A DNA stretch of 33,881 nt from a virus (Duplodnaviria > Caudoviricetes), in IMG/VR virus record IMGVR_UViG_3300011335_000500, positions 1 through 33,881 of that record; one strand, given 5' to 3'. Within the stretch, counting starts at the first letter, position 1. Each line of letters starts with the position of its first letter. The notes beneath the pieces were generated by a model. That model did not search any database. It saw only the letters and a program-made list of their open reading frames with translations, and was not told the origin of the DNA. The position numbers and the translations under genes were made by a program. Shown here one piece after another: positions 1 through 9,371 of this stretch.

Positions 1-121
1 TAGCCTTAAACAACTTGAGTTTGGAAACAAGGCAACCCGATTTGCTTTTCATTGTGAGGCTTTGCCGCTGGTTACATCTAGCGCGGTAGCTTACACAAGC
101 GATATTTACGCGATAGCATAA
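1..121 (+). CDS. 3' end of the putative tail tube gene (duplicate of 33624-33744)
   Basis: Same sequence as the end of ORF 33232-33744; stop TAA at 119-121. Confidence 0.85.
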   Translation, partial: SLKQLEFGNKATRFAFHCEALPLVTSSAVAYTSDIYAIA

Positions 122-258
122 GGACACTATGTCAAAAAATACAGAATTTATTTTTGATTATGAGGTTGGCGATAAAACTTTTCGCTTAGACGCGTTGCTT
201 ATTTTGGCTGAACTTGCCATCAACAACAATCACGAAAACCCGACAACGGAACACATGA
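1..258. repeat. Terminal direct repeat, left copy (circular-genome overlap)
   Basis: 1-258 matches 33624-33881 except two substitutions (19 G vs 33642 T; 132 T vs 33755 A); it starts and ends inside genes. Confidence 0.97.
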
Positions 259-386
259 TTGCTGCGGTCAAAAATGCGGTTCGCCCAATTGAACAAGCAA
301 GGACTTTAACCGACACAGAAGCCTACGCGCTAAGTTTACGCGTGACCATGAGCCTAAAGGCAATGGGAAACGTTTTCGCGTCATAG
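129..386 (+). CDS. Tail assembly chaperone (lambda gpG-like), 85 aa
   Basis: Follows the putative tail tube gene on the circle; AAGGA RBS; slippery GGGAAAC just before the stop. Confidence 0.75.
   Translation: MSKNTEFIFDYEVGDKTFRLDALLILAELAINNNHENPTTEHMIAAVKNAVRPIEQARTLTDTEAYALSLRVTMSLKAMGNVFAS
365..371 (+). other. -1 programmed ribosomal frameshift site G GGA AAC
   Basis: X XXY YYZ heptamer in the correct phase (ATG GGA AAC); the -1 frame is open to TGA at 629-631. Confidence 0.8.
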
Positions 387-631
387 CCATATTCACGGCT
401 GTCTATGGCGCATCACCTTGGGAAATGCCGCAAGAAACCGCTTTGGGATTGATGATGAATCTACAAACTGCAAATTCTTGGAAAGCCATTCCTGTCATGC
501 AAGGAATTGGTTTATGTCTTGCTGGCAAGCAAGCCTTGCCAACGTTTGCCGCATCCCTTGTTGGTAAATTGCCAAGCGTACGCGAACAAATCAAATCATC
601 CCTATACGACTTCAAAAGTAAATCCAAATGA
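371..631 (+). CDS. -1 frame extension of the tail chaperone (gpGT-like fusion 129..631, ~167 aa)
   Basis: -1 frame reads RFRVIAIFTAVYGASPWEMPQETALG... into the listed ORF 425-631; ends in an ATGA overlap with the next gene. Confidence 0.72.
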   Translation, partial: RFRVIAIFTAVYGASPWEMPQETALGLMMNLQTANSWKAIPVMQGIGLCLAGKQALPTFAASLVGKLPSVREQIKSSLYDFKSKSK

Positions 632-1911
632 CAATCAATTTAGCAACCTTGTACGCCCGTGTAGGAAAATTGATGGGTGTCGCCAAAACCCAAATTGACG
701 CGCGCGCAGCGATTACGTCAAGGATTACAACGCTTGATGCTTCCTACGATGCCGCAAGCCGATATATGTTCACGCCTGTTTTAAATTATTTTTTGAGCTT
801 GGGAAAGACGCAAGACCGAAGCATAACGGAATCGGTTTCGGGAGCGGTAAAAACTTTGACCGAAATGGTGACTTCTGATAACGATTCTATTGCAAAAAGT
901 GTTGTGCCCGCGTTGAGGGAACTCAACCGCCAAATGATTCTTTCATCGTCCACGTTTCCAGCCAACACCATTACGCAAGGATCCGTTACCTATGGAGCTA
1001 ACAACGTAGGAACAGGAAAAATAATTTTACACGCAATACCTTCGCAAATGTCGGCAAGCGAATTGATTAGGGTTGAGTGCATTTCCGATACAACCACCGG
1101 TTCCGTGGCAGGATCTGAAGTATTTAGGGTTGTGGGAGCCGCGCGCGTAGCCGACATTACAAGCAATCTTTACCCAGCCGGTAGCGGTGCTTCATCGTCC
1201 ATTGTGTCTAGCGATTATTCAGGCTCCGACAATTTTGTGACAAACGGAAATTTTTATAATTGGACTGCTGGAGTGCCGAACGGATGGGTTATTACAACAT
1301 CAGGAACAGGCATATTTACGCAAGATACAAATGTTCAAATGCGCGGAACTAGCTGTTTGGTTATTACGGGCGGTAGCGGCTTTTCAACTTCAATGGTGCA
1401 AACGCCATCAACTCAATTGTTAGGGCCAAACAAAAGGGTGTTGTTTGGTTTTTGGATTAAAAAACTGAATGGATCAATTCCGCTTACGCAAGATGTTGAA
1501 TTTGAATTGCTAGATCAAAACGCAAATGTTTTAACATCGGTAATTGCGGGCTATTCCTCTCTTACGTTTAGTTACCAGCTCTTTACCGCATCATATGTTT
1601 CCGCGTCAAATGCGCCGCCAACTTCGCTTTCGCTTTCCGCAAACATAGGTTTAGGCGCGGGCATGGATATTGCTTTGCAAGGGTTTTTTGTTTACACGCC
1701 ATCGCAATTTGGTGTAAATGGACAATTCTTGAAAGTAGTCGCCAGCGGGGTTGATTGGCGTTTAGGAGATTACGCCACGGTTCAAATTACAAACAACTAC
1801 TATTCGACGGTTTTGAATTACACGGAACGATTCTTTGCGCCATTCCAAAATGGGATTGAATTGCCTACCACTACAGGAACCCCAACAATTGCAAATACGG
1901 TGGTTCCATAA
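628..1911 (+). CDS. Virion structural protein with a CBM4/9-like beta-sandwich; paralog of 9372-10757
   Basis: 427 aa; NFVTNGNF..W..GVPNGW motif; colinear similarity to 9372-10757; located in the tail module. Confidence 0.65.
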   Translation: MTINLATLYARVGKLMGVAKTQIDARAAITSRITTLDASYDAASRYMFTPVLNYFLSLGKTQDRSITESVSGAVKTLTEMVTSDNDSIAKSVVPALRELNRQMILSSSTFPANTITQGSVTYGANNVGTGKIILHAIPSQMSASELIRVECISDTTTGSVAGSEVFRVVGAARVADITSNLYPAGSGASSSIVSSDYSGSDNFVTNGNFYNWTAGVPNGWVITTSGTGIFTQDTNVQMRGTSCLVITGGSGFSTSMVQTPSTQLLGPNKRVLFGFWIKKLNGSIPLTQDVEFELLDQNANVLTSVIAGYSSLTFSYQLFTASYVSASNAPPTSLSLSANIGLGAGMDIALQGFFVYTPSQFGVNGQFLKVVASGVDWRLGDYATVQITNNYYSTVLNYTERFFAPFQNGIELPTTTGTPTIANTVVP

Positions 1912-2372
1912 TGGCAAATTTGACGGCTACCATTACCATTGGTAATTTTTTTTTAGGGTTGATCACAAGGATTCAAAGCCAAATGACCGTGGCGGCTCAC
2001 CGCGTTTTTGTGGTTGACAAATTACGCTTGCAAGATGCGGCTGTTCCAAACTTTCAAATTGAACCGGTTTCCATGATTCCGCTTGCAGAAAATACAGGCG
2101 TGAATGTGTGCTTGATTGAATATAGAGTGCATTCCGTGGTGAAGGTCGAATACGATTCGGGCGGCAGAATGACGGAAAAATTGGTGGATAACAAATCCGC
2201 CTTTTTGCAAACAAACACGGTTGCCGACGCGTTGCTTGGCATGACGGAAACCACATCGTACGGGCGTCAAATTTTTGTACGCATGGACGGCGGCGTTTAC
2301 GATGAAACGCACGGCTTGACTACCGCAACCGGAACATTCCGTTGCCACGTGAGGACATTAAGCGATGGCTGA
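1911..2372 (+). CDS. Putative tail terminator/completion protein
   Basis: 153 aa; TAATG coupling; helix-then-beta pattern and size typical of tail completion proteins (position-based). Confidence 0.45.
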   Translation: MANLTATITIGNFFLGLITRIQSQMTVAAHRVFVVDKLRLQDAAVPNFQIEPVSMIPLAENTGVNVCLIEYRVHSVVKVEYDSGGRMTEKLVDNKSAFLQTNTVADALLGMTETTSYGRQIFVRMDGGVYDETHGLTTATGTFRCHVRTLSDG

Positions 2373-3312
2373 CGAATCACTAGGTCATATAGATATACGC
2401 TTTCCCGGCGGCGGTGGCGGTGGTGGCAGCCCCAGCGGCGGCGGTGGTGGCGGTGGCGGCTCTAGCGGTGGATTGGGTTCAACGCTAACCAATCTACTCA
2501 AGGGCGCAGGCGGTTTCAAGAATGTATTGAGTCAAGGTATGAGCGGCGCGGGCATTGGTGACATTGTTGGCGGCGCAAAGTCGGCTGCTAGTGGTGCTGG
2601 CGGCGGCATGGCTGCTATGGGCGTGGGGGCGGCTGTCGGCGGTGTTGCAATTATTGCAAGCGCAATGCAAAGCGTGAAGTCAGCTGTAAACGGCATTTTG
2701 AGCCGCGTAAGTGAACTAGCGCGCGTCAACCCAGCAATGGCAATGCAACAGGCTATGAACAACATAGCTGACATGAAACGCGATATGCAGGAAGCCAAAG
2801 TAATTAACCCCCTTTACAAAAGCGTTATGGAAATCGTGCGCGTAATCAAGGATTTGCTTGCTCCCATTTTCTTGATTATTAAAGCGATTATTACGGGCGG
2901 CTTGTTAATTGTTTTAAACATTATCAAGGATGCAATACAAGCCTTGTTGCCCGTAATTGCATCTATTGCAAACGCTACCGGTCTTATGTTGTTAAAGATG
3001 TACGAAAACAGAAAAGAAACTGAGGCATTTTTTCAACAAATGTATGAATATGGAATGCTAACAAATTCAGGCACTAACTTAGGCGGCGTAATTGTTGGTT
3101 CAATTGGTTCATATCTGTTTGGCTCGTCCCCAATCATGGATACTATTTCAGTAATTGCTAAAAATCTAATTGAAATATCCGGCATGATCAAACAACAAAC
3201 TGCTAAAACCGGGACAAGCAACCAATACTTTACAGATATGTTACAAGCTATGTCTGCTAACCCGCGTTTTAATTATAACGCACAACCTAATCGGCCCTTT
3301 GTCGTGCCGTAA
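2365..3312 (+). CDS. Putative short tape measure protein
   Basis: 315 aa; N-terminus MADESLGHIDIRF, Gly-rich stretch, long Ala/Ile-rich amphipathic helices; located in the tail module. Confidence 0.6.
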   Translation: MADESLGHIDIRFPGGGGGGGSPSGGGGGGGGSSGGLGSTLTNLLKGAGGFKNVLSQGMSGAGIGDIVGGAKSAASGAGGGMAAMGVGAAVGGVAIIASAMQSVKSAVNGILSRVSELARVNPAMAMQQAMNNIADMKRDMQEAKVINPLYKSVMEIVRVIKDLLAPIFLIIKAIITGGLLIVLNIIKDAIQALLPVIASIANATGLMLLKMYENRKETEAFFQQMYEYGMLTNSGTNLGGVIVGSIGSYLFGSSPIMDTISVIAKNLIEISGMIKQQTAKTGTSNQYFTDMLQAMSANPRFNYNAQPNRPFVVP

Positions 3313-3357
3313 ATTAAATTTGTATAAAATACCTATGCAATGTAAATCAAAAATACC

Positions 3358-5148
3358 ATGCGAATAAGATATACGCCAACAACGGCTATAGGGGCAATTG
3401 TTTTTGATTGCGCAAAAATAACAAAGTTTGCCGTAGACAATTTGTACGAAGGTTCCGACTTTAATCGTTCCGGCAGAAAACACGTAATAGAAGGAACCGC
3501 AACGCTTACGGGAACAACTTCGACCAATATAACCACAATTACAACAAATTTAAACAAGCCGCGCGGAAAGCTTGAAATTGATTATGGCGACAGTACTTTT
3601 GTGACGCTTATAGACAAATGCGATAGTACCGGTGATGGGCCGTTTGACGCTAGAAACGGGCCAATCCCAAGCGTTCAAATTGCTGAAATTGTTGGTTCCA
3701 CAACATCCACAATTCTTTTAAATTTTAGCTTCACATATTTTGCTTGTGGCGATGAACGAATACAACGTTTTGATATGTCCGTGCAGCAATCCATAGATCA
3801 CGCCGGCTTTATAAAATTGACAAAAACAGGTACGTTGTGCGTTTCGGCGGCTCATTTTGCAGATGAAATTGATTCGCCTGTTCCCGCCACGGAAACAAGC
3901 GTTGCGTTAAGTGATGACACCCCGCTACCAAATCCCGTTGCGTTGCGAGATACCGCAAACCAATATGCACCGTCACCCGATCTTTATAGGAATATGGTTG
4001 CTGGCTTACCGCCACCAATGTACGTTAGAAAATCACAGGATTACACAATAGATTCGTCATTGCGAACGCTTTCTTTTACCGTAGTGGATGAACAAGTACA
4101 CAGAATTTTACCGGATTTTGTAATTGCTGGCACAGCTTCATTTAGTTACGAAAGAGCGTTGGGCGAAACGTCAATGCTAGGAAACAAAACTTTTAACTGT
4201 TCATTTGAAGGATCAACCGATGCACCCCCACAATTATTGCTAACTGCTGCTTGTGAAGCTTCACAGGCAAGAATTGATTGGGTTAATGATTTGATTCAAT
4301 CTATAACGGTGCGCGAACCTAATTTGTATGGAAGAAATGTAGTTGAATTGCAAATTATAGCGTTGGGAACAGGAACAGAATTTGTTGATCCAAAAGTAGT
4401 TTCAATGATTTTTTCAAGGCTGCATCCGTATCAAACTACTTACGAATATGTGAAAGCGTACCCATATAACGGTCGATATGTAAATTCAGTCACAGGATTT
4501 ATTTATGATCCGTGCCAAGTTCCGTCAATAATTGCATCAATAATTTCAGACCCAAACCCTGATGACGAAAGCAAAATTACGCTGACGGAAATTCCCGATG
4601 ATACAACCGGAGGGGAAATACCTACTGACGATGCGCCCGAAGTTGATGACGGAATGCCGACCGCAACGGGACTAATAAAGCATTACGAAGCGGAAACATC
4701 ATATCAAACAGTTAATACTGGTTGCGGTTTTATGGAAACTGTTGGCGGCGAACAGCAATTTCCGTTTCAATTCAAGTTGCCAAAAGTGCTTGCAACTCAA
4801 ACGGTAAAAATGGTGTCGCTATCAAACACTATTGCAATACCTTGGGAGCGCATATACGAGCCGTTTGTGGTTGTTGATCAAAACATTGTTGTTAAATCTG
4901 CGGCTTTGGATGCGGCTGGAAAGCCCATGTATGCAATTGTTGCGACGCGAACGCTGCAAATACAAACCGCAAATTCTGAAAATACATATCGCGTTGCCGC
5001 TGGCGCAGAAGGTGGAATGTCTAGGCGCGTGTATTCGCCTACGGTTGCGGTAACGCCGCGTAACCCGTACAACAAGGGTCTAGCTGTAGCCGTTACAACG
5101 GACGCTAATAGCCCCGGAACGCCTGCAAGGGTAGACTACATTGGATAA
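3358..5148 (+). CDS. Putative tail tip/baseplate protein
   Basis: 596 aa, beta-rich with an acidic Pro linker; immediately after the TMP candidate. Confidence 0.5.
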   Translation: MRIRYTPTTAIGAIVFDCAKITKFAVDNLYEGSDFNRSGRKHVIEGTATLTGTTSTNITTITTNLNKPRGKLEIDYGDSTFVTLIDKCDSTGDGPFDARNGPIPSVQIAEIVGSTTSTILLNFSFTYFACGDERIQRFDMSVQQSIDHAGFIKLTKTGTLCVSAAHFADEIDSPVPATETSVALSDDTPLPNPVALRDTANQYAPSPDLYRNMVAGLPPPMYVRKSQDYTIDSSLRTLSFTVVDEQVHRILPDFVIAGTASFSYERALGETSMLGNKTFNCSFEGSTDAPPQLLLTAACEASQARIDWVNDLIQSITVREPNLYGRNVVELQIIALGTGTEFVDPKVVSMIFSRLHPYQTTYEYVKAYPYNGRYVNSVTGFIYDPCQVPSIIASIISDPNPDDESKITLTEIPDDTTGGEIPTDDAPEVDDGMPTATGLIKHYEAETSYQTVNTGCGFMETVGGEQQFPFQFKLPKVLATQTVKMVSLSNTIAIPWERIYEPFVVVDQNIVVKSAALDAAGKPMYAIVATRTLQIQTANSENTYRVAAGAEGGMSRRVYSPTVAVTPRNPYNKGLAVAVTTDANSPGTPARVDYIG

Positions 5149-5150
5149 AC

Positions 5151-7559
5151 ATGAGCTTATCAGCATCGCTAAAAAACCGAACTACGGGACTGATTACTAC
5201 TCCGCTTAGACGCACCGCCGAGTTGGATGCCGTTCTATCACAGGCGGGATACGATCCCGAAAGCATAAACAAGATTACTACTCCGCTAATTGGCGCGGCT
5301 CGTCACATGAGCGCAACCATAATAATTAGGTCAAGGGGGCTTGGCTCAAACGATGTTCCTTTTGTGGTTTCAGGAGATAGCGACAAAACAGAATTGTTTG
5401 ACTTGCTTCTATGGGAACCTTACGCAAAAGGCGGCGGTGGCGGCGGCGATGGCGGCGGCGATGGCGGGGGAGCCAATCCAACAGATCGCCCAATAATTAC
5501 AAGCGAAGGCGGTGTTGGGGGTGGAACCGGAGCCGGCAGCACGGGTAGTAATTCAGAAGCATTTGCGCCAACAAATTTTAACCCAGCAACATCACAATTA
5601 AAAACAATAACCGATTCGGGTCGAAAATTGCAATGGTCAAAATTGTATTGCTTGAGCATTCAAGAGTTGGTTTTGTCTGCTGGCGCGCTCACGCAATCGC
5701 TATTGTTTCGGCCTGCGGCGGATGATCAACAGCCGTCTATATTTGTCATGGAGTTGGTGGACGCTCGTTATTTCCTTGCAAATCAAATGCTAGTTGATTT
5801 GACGGACGCAACTAAAGTTCAGCGCGGCGTTTCATTTGATCAATGGAACATGATGGCTGAAAATCCGCTTCATTTGCTTTCGTCCACAATTGAAAATTCG
5901 TCAAGAATTGAGCCTGACAATTCGGTTTCACTTGTAACTGACGCAGGCTACCAAATTGATCCGGCTAGCCTTTATGGAGTTCCGCAACCCAATCCGTGGT
6001 ATGTCCAAGACGCAATGTCAGCTGACACAATAATTTCAAAAATCATTCAAGATTTTACCCTTGCAAAATTGTGGGGTGATAAGGAAGCCATTGTTTTTGT
6101 CAACAAAATCAAGGACGCATACGATCCTAAAAGCCCGTTTGATTTGATCAATTTAGACTTGCGCGCGCGTAGCGTTGGATCCGCGCTAGATGAAATAGCG
6201 TCGCGGATTGGTTGCGTGTGGGTGTGGGATCGCTCATCCCAGCTTGTGTTGGAACAATGCGACCCAGTTGCGCGCGAGGATATTTTGGATGATTGGATAC
6301 ACACCAACGAGCAATACAGGGCTGCGGGCGGTCTAAATTCGTTGTCGCTGGATATGCCGGAATCCGTGGTAAGCATCCACCCAATCCGTTTATGCTCGAC
6401 ATACGGCATTTCAACGGATACGGTCATCCAAGATTGGCGAACGATCCCGCACATTGACGGCGTGGACGATTTTCAACCAACAAAGCCGCTTTACTATGTG
6501 AATCAATCGCCTCGAACAAATAGCACAAATAATCGAACCGCTTACATTGGTGACCATTTGCCGGCGTTCATTGGCGTGGTTTCTTCTAACCCTAAAGATT
6601 GGCAATTCAATATCCCAACCATTGAAGGAAGCGTTACTTCCAAATTGCCTGTTCCGTGGAACTTGGACGACTCAAACAATGGCGAAGGAATATGGTTTAC
6701 AAAATCCTATTCTGAAAACCTTGAAAGGCGCAACCGCGTATTAAACAGGCGGTACACGCGTTTACGCAACCTTGTTTCGGGAAACCTGTCGCTATCTAGG
6801 ATCCCTGCGTACGCGCAAAACACGCAAGCAAAAATGACACCTTCCATTGGCTTGAACATGGAAACAATCCATTTCGGTCAGGAAATGAACAATCAAGTTC
6901 AGTATTACATTTGCGGCGATAAAAAAGACAATTTGATTTTGCCGTCTTTGTTAAAAACGGAACGCGTATCGGCCTTGGGCTTGATGCAATGTCGAAACGT
7001 GGCTGGCACGATCAACATTGAATACTTGAAACCGCGCGCTGGCATTGTAAGAACGTTTATATGTAATTTTAGCGTTGAGCAGATTTTACGAACCGAGCCG
7101 CTTACCGGCGCGGCAATCATGTGGCTTTACTCGTTCCGCGAAGTTCAACTTACAAACTTGCCATACCCAAAGTGGCAGCAACAAGACGAAGCCGGCGACA
7201 TGAGCGGCGCGGCCACGGGATACGCCATGAATCTTTGTGAGCTGTCCCCATCAAATTTAAGCGTTACGCCCACCATAAATTTTGATGGTGGCGCATTGTT
7301 TTACAGCGATCCCGCAACACCAAGCACTAACCCGCAAATCCACATGACACCAGCGGGCGGCCTTGTTGGGGGCTTTGCCCCGTGCTACGAAATCGTGAAT
7401 GAGGGCGGCGCAACAACATATTGGATTTACGCGCCAAATGGCGTAAACGTAATATGTTCAACGACAGGTTTGGTTGGCACAAACGGAAATTGGCAATCGT
7501 CGGGAATTTCGGGAGTGGGAATTGCAAGTTCTGTACCTTTAACAAGCCGAATTGTTTAG
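5151..7559 (+). CDS. Putative tail tip hub / central tail protein
   Basis: 802 aa; segments VMELVDARYF and ALDEIASRIGCVWVWD resemble hub proteins; Gly-rich insertion. Confidence 0.5.
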   Translation: MSLSASLKNRTTGLITTPLRRTAELDAVLSQAGYDPESINKITTPLIGAARHMSATIIIRSRGLGSNDVPFVVSGDSDKTELFDLLLWEPYAKGGGGGGDGGGDGGGANPTDRPIITSEGGVGGGTGAGSTGSNSEAFAPTNFNPATSQLKTITDSGRKLQWSKLYCLSIQELVLSAGALTQSLLFRPAADDQQPSIFVMELVDARYFLANQMLVDLTDATKVQRGVSFDQWNMMAENPLHLLSSTIENSSRIEPDNSVSLVTDAGYQIDPASLYGVPQPNPWYVQDAMSADTIISKIIQDFTLAKLWGDKEAIVFVNKIKDAYDPKSPFDLINLDLRARSVGSALDEIASRIGCVWVWDRSSQLVLEQCDPVAREDILDDWIHTNEQYRAAGGLNSLSLDMPESVVSIHPIRLCSTYGISTDTVIQDWRTIPHIDGVDDFQPTKPLYYVNQSPRTNSTNNRTAYIGDHLPAFIGVVSSNPKDWQFNIPTIEGSVTSKLPVPWNLDDSNNGEGIWFTKSYSENLERRNRVLNRRYTRLRNLVSGNLSLSRIPAYAQNTQAKMTPSIGLNMETIHFGQEMNNQVQYYICGDKKDNLILPSLLKTERVSALGLMQCRNVAGTINIEYLKPRAGIVRTFICNFSVEQILRTEPLTGAAIMWLYSFREVQLTNLPYPKWQQQDEAGDMSGAATGYAMNLCELSPSNLSVTPTINFDGGALFYSDPATPSTNPQIHMTPAGGLVGGFAPCYEIVNEGGATTYWIYAPNGVNVICSTTGLVGTNGNWQSSGISGVGIASSVPLTSRIV

Positions 7560-7572
7560 CGAGAGCAAAAAA

Positions 7573-7887
7573 ATGAGCCAAATTTACATTATGCGGAAGG
7601 CACTCTACATTGCTGAAACCATGCTTGTTGCTGGCAATGGCGCGTCCATGTATTTCAAGAGCATTTATATTTCAAGCACACACAATAATGCTTTGACGGT
7701 ATCGCTTGCGGTGACCGGTGGAGCATCGTTTTCAAGCGTTGGTGACTATTTAATCTACAACTATTCGCTTGCCGCAGGCGCGTACCTAAAGCTGGAAGAT
7801 ATTTCCATTCCAATCACGCATCAATTGCGGGGTTCCTGTAGTGTTGATTTGGTTGTAAGCGTGGTTGGTTCAGGTATTTTAGAGTGA
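7573..7887 (+). CDS. Small beta-sandwich virion protein (104 aa)
   Basis: ATG at 7573 preferred over the 7552 start; GTGA overlap with the next gene. Confidence 0.55.
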   Translation: MSQIYIMRKALYIAETMLVAGNGASMYFKSIYISSTHNNALTVSLAVTGGASFSSVGDYLIYNYSLAAGAYLKLEDISIPITHQLRGSCSVDLVVSVVGSGILE

Positions 7888-8861
7888 GTCAGCGACTTAA
7901 AGCTTGTTGTTGCGGCGACTGTATAAACGGCGCATTGGGTGCTTGTTGTTACAAGCGTGGCGGTGGCGGTGCTGGCGGTTCGACTTGCGAATGTTCAGAA
8001 AACTTAACGGAATGCGCTTGCAAGAACATTGGCGGTGTGTGGAACGGAAGCAACAATTGCGCTACGGGTTGCCTTGGTTCATGCTGTTTAGTTGAAAATA
8101 GTAGCGGTAGAATTTTAAGCTGTCAGGATAATGTTACGGAATGCGATTGCGCGTTAGTGACCAACGCAACACAAACGGGTTTTTGGATGGTTGGCGTAGG
8201 CTGCTACAACAATCCTTGCGGTATTCCATGCGGCCCTAAATTGTGCAATTTTCCGCAATCGGGATACATTCAAGATACTTACACCCGAACGTTAAATTAT
8301 AGAAGTAAAAATTCACCAACAGGAAACGGAGAGCCAAACAGTTACCAAATTTATACGGAAGATTTAAAATTTGTTAATTTTTATTATACCACAAACGTAG
8401 ATGCCACGTTTGCTTCAATCTATCGTCCACCCCCCAAAATAACTGTTTTTGATGATGGTTGGGTAACTTCGCGACAAGTTGAAACTTGGAATGTTTCAAT
8501 TTACAAAAAATCCGGCGATTGCGTTGAAATGGGTTGCATTCCAAATAGCAGTTCATATGATAATAAAACATACGATGGTTATAACGGAGTAACGGGTTGT
8601 TCAGAAGGTTCCACAGAAACAGTAACGTACACGGGAGAACAATTTTACGCATTAGTAAATCCATGTATAGAACTTACAACTAATCCCAGCCCGCCATGGT
8701 TTTGGCTTAACCGTTTTGGAAATCGAGCTTGTAGAATTTTGGGTGGTTGTGAAGTGCAATTAGTGGATTACTACATTAGAAGCAGGCTTGGTTATCCGGC
8801 TAATGGTTGCACAGCACCAAATAACACCATAACAAGAACAAGCTACGACACTTGCCCATGA
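7884..8861 (+). CDS. Cys-rich tail-associated protein with G(A/S)CC repeats (candidate receptor-binding protein)
   Basis: KACCCGDC, then two G(A/S)CC-x-C-x-TECxC-x-GxW-x-G-xxC repeats; AT-rich 3' half. Confidence 0.65.
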   Translation: MSQRLKACCCGDCINGALGACCYKRGGGGAGGSTCECSENLTECACKNIGGVWNGSNNCATGCLGSCCLVENSSGRILSCQDNVTECDCALVTNATQTGFWMVGVGCYNNPCGIPCGPKLCNFPQSGYIQDTYTRTLNYRSKNSPTGNGEPNSYQIYTEDLKFVNFYYTTNVDATFASIYRPPPKITVFDDGWVTSRQVETWNVSIYKKSGDCVEMGCIPNSSSYDNKTYDGYNGVTGCSEGSTETVTYTGEQFYALVNPCIELTTNPSPPWFWLNRFGNRACRILGGCEVQLVDYYIRSRLGYPANGCTAPNNTITRTSYDTCP

Positions 8862-9367
8862 TTCGCAACTTTTTCAAATACTTGTACGCTGAATTTTCAC
8901 ACGCTTTTAGGGGCGCGGCTTCCCAAAAAATTGCTAGTCAAAGATTGAAGGAATGTATGCGATGCGACCAGCGTAAGGTTGAATTGCTAGGGTCACTAGA
9001 CCCCGCTGGGGTTGGCTATTGTGGCGCGTGTGGGTGCTTGCCTTCGGCGCGTTCGCTATTGCAAGTCAAGGTAGGCATGGCAAAAGCAACTTGCCCGTTG
9101 AACAAATGGACGCAAACTAAGGGAACGGGAGCTACTGCAAGAACGATTTTGGAGGCGGTTTTAGGCTTTGTTACAACCGCAAAAACCTACGTTCCAAAAT
9201 TCCCAAAACGCGCCTTAACTCAAAGCAAAGTCAAAAAGGATGCAATAAAAAGGGTGAGCCAAATAAGGAAAGAACTAGGGTTGCCGCCCCTTGATTTAAA
9301 AAAAACAAAGGTAACCATAACGGTTGGTACGGCTTCTATGCAGCCCACACAAAATAAGATAGGATAA
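8858..9367 (+). CDS. Zn-finger protein (CxxC...CxxCGC...CPxxKW; DUF6171-like)
   Basis: RLKECMRC, YCGACGC, KATCPLNKW; ATGA overlap at 8858. Confidence 0.65.
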   Translation: MIRNFFKYLYAEFSHAFRGAASQKIASQRLKECMRCDQRKVELLGSLDPAGVGYCGACGCLPSARSLLQVKVGMAKATCPLNKWTQTKGTGATARTILEAVLGFVTTAKTYVPKFPKRALTQSKVKKDAIKRVSQIRKELGLPPLDLKKTKVTITVGTASMQPTQNKIG

Positions 9368-9371
9368 AATT

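Noticed and set aside
2407-2470. GGC/GGT runs here, at about 5430-5470 and at about 7958-7980 as phase-variable repeats
   Set aside because: They are imperfect triplet runs encoding poly-Gly linkers; length changes would keep the frame
3313-3357. AT-rich gap as an internal promoter
   Set aside because: The candidate -35/-10 pairs have poor spacing or consensus, so support is insufficient
7884-8861. Diversity-generating retroelement target
   Set aside because: No reverse transcriptase and no template/variable repeat pair was seen
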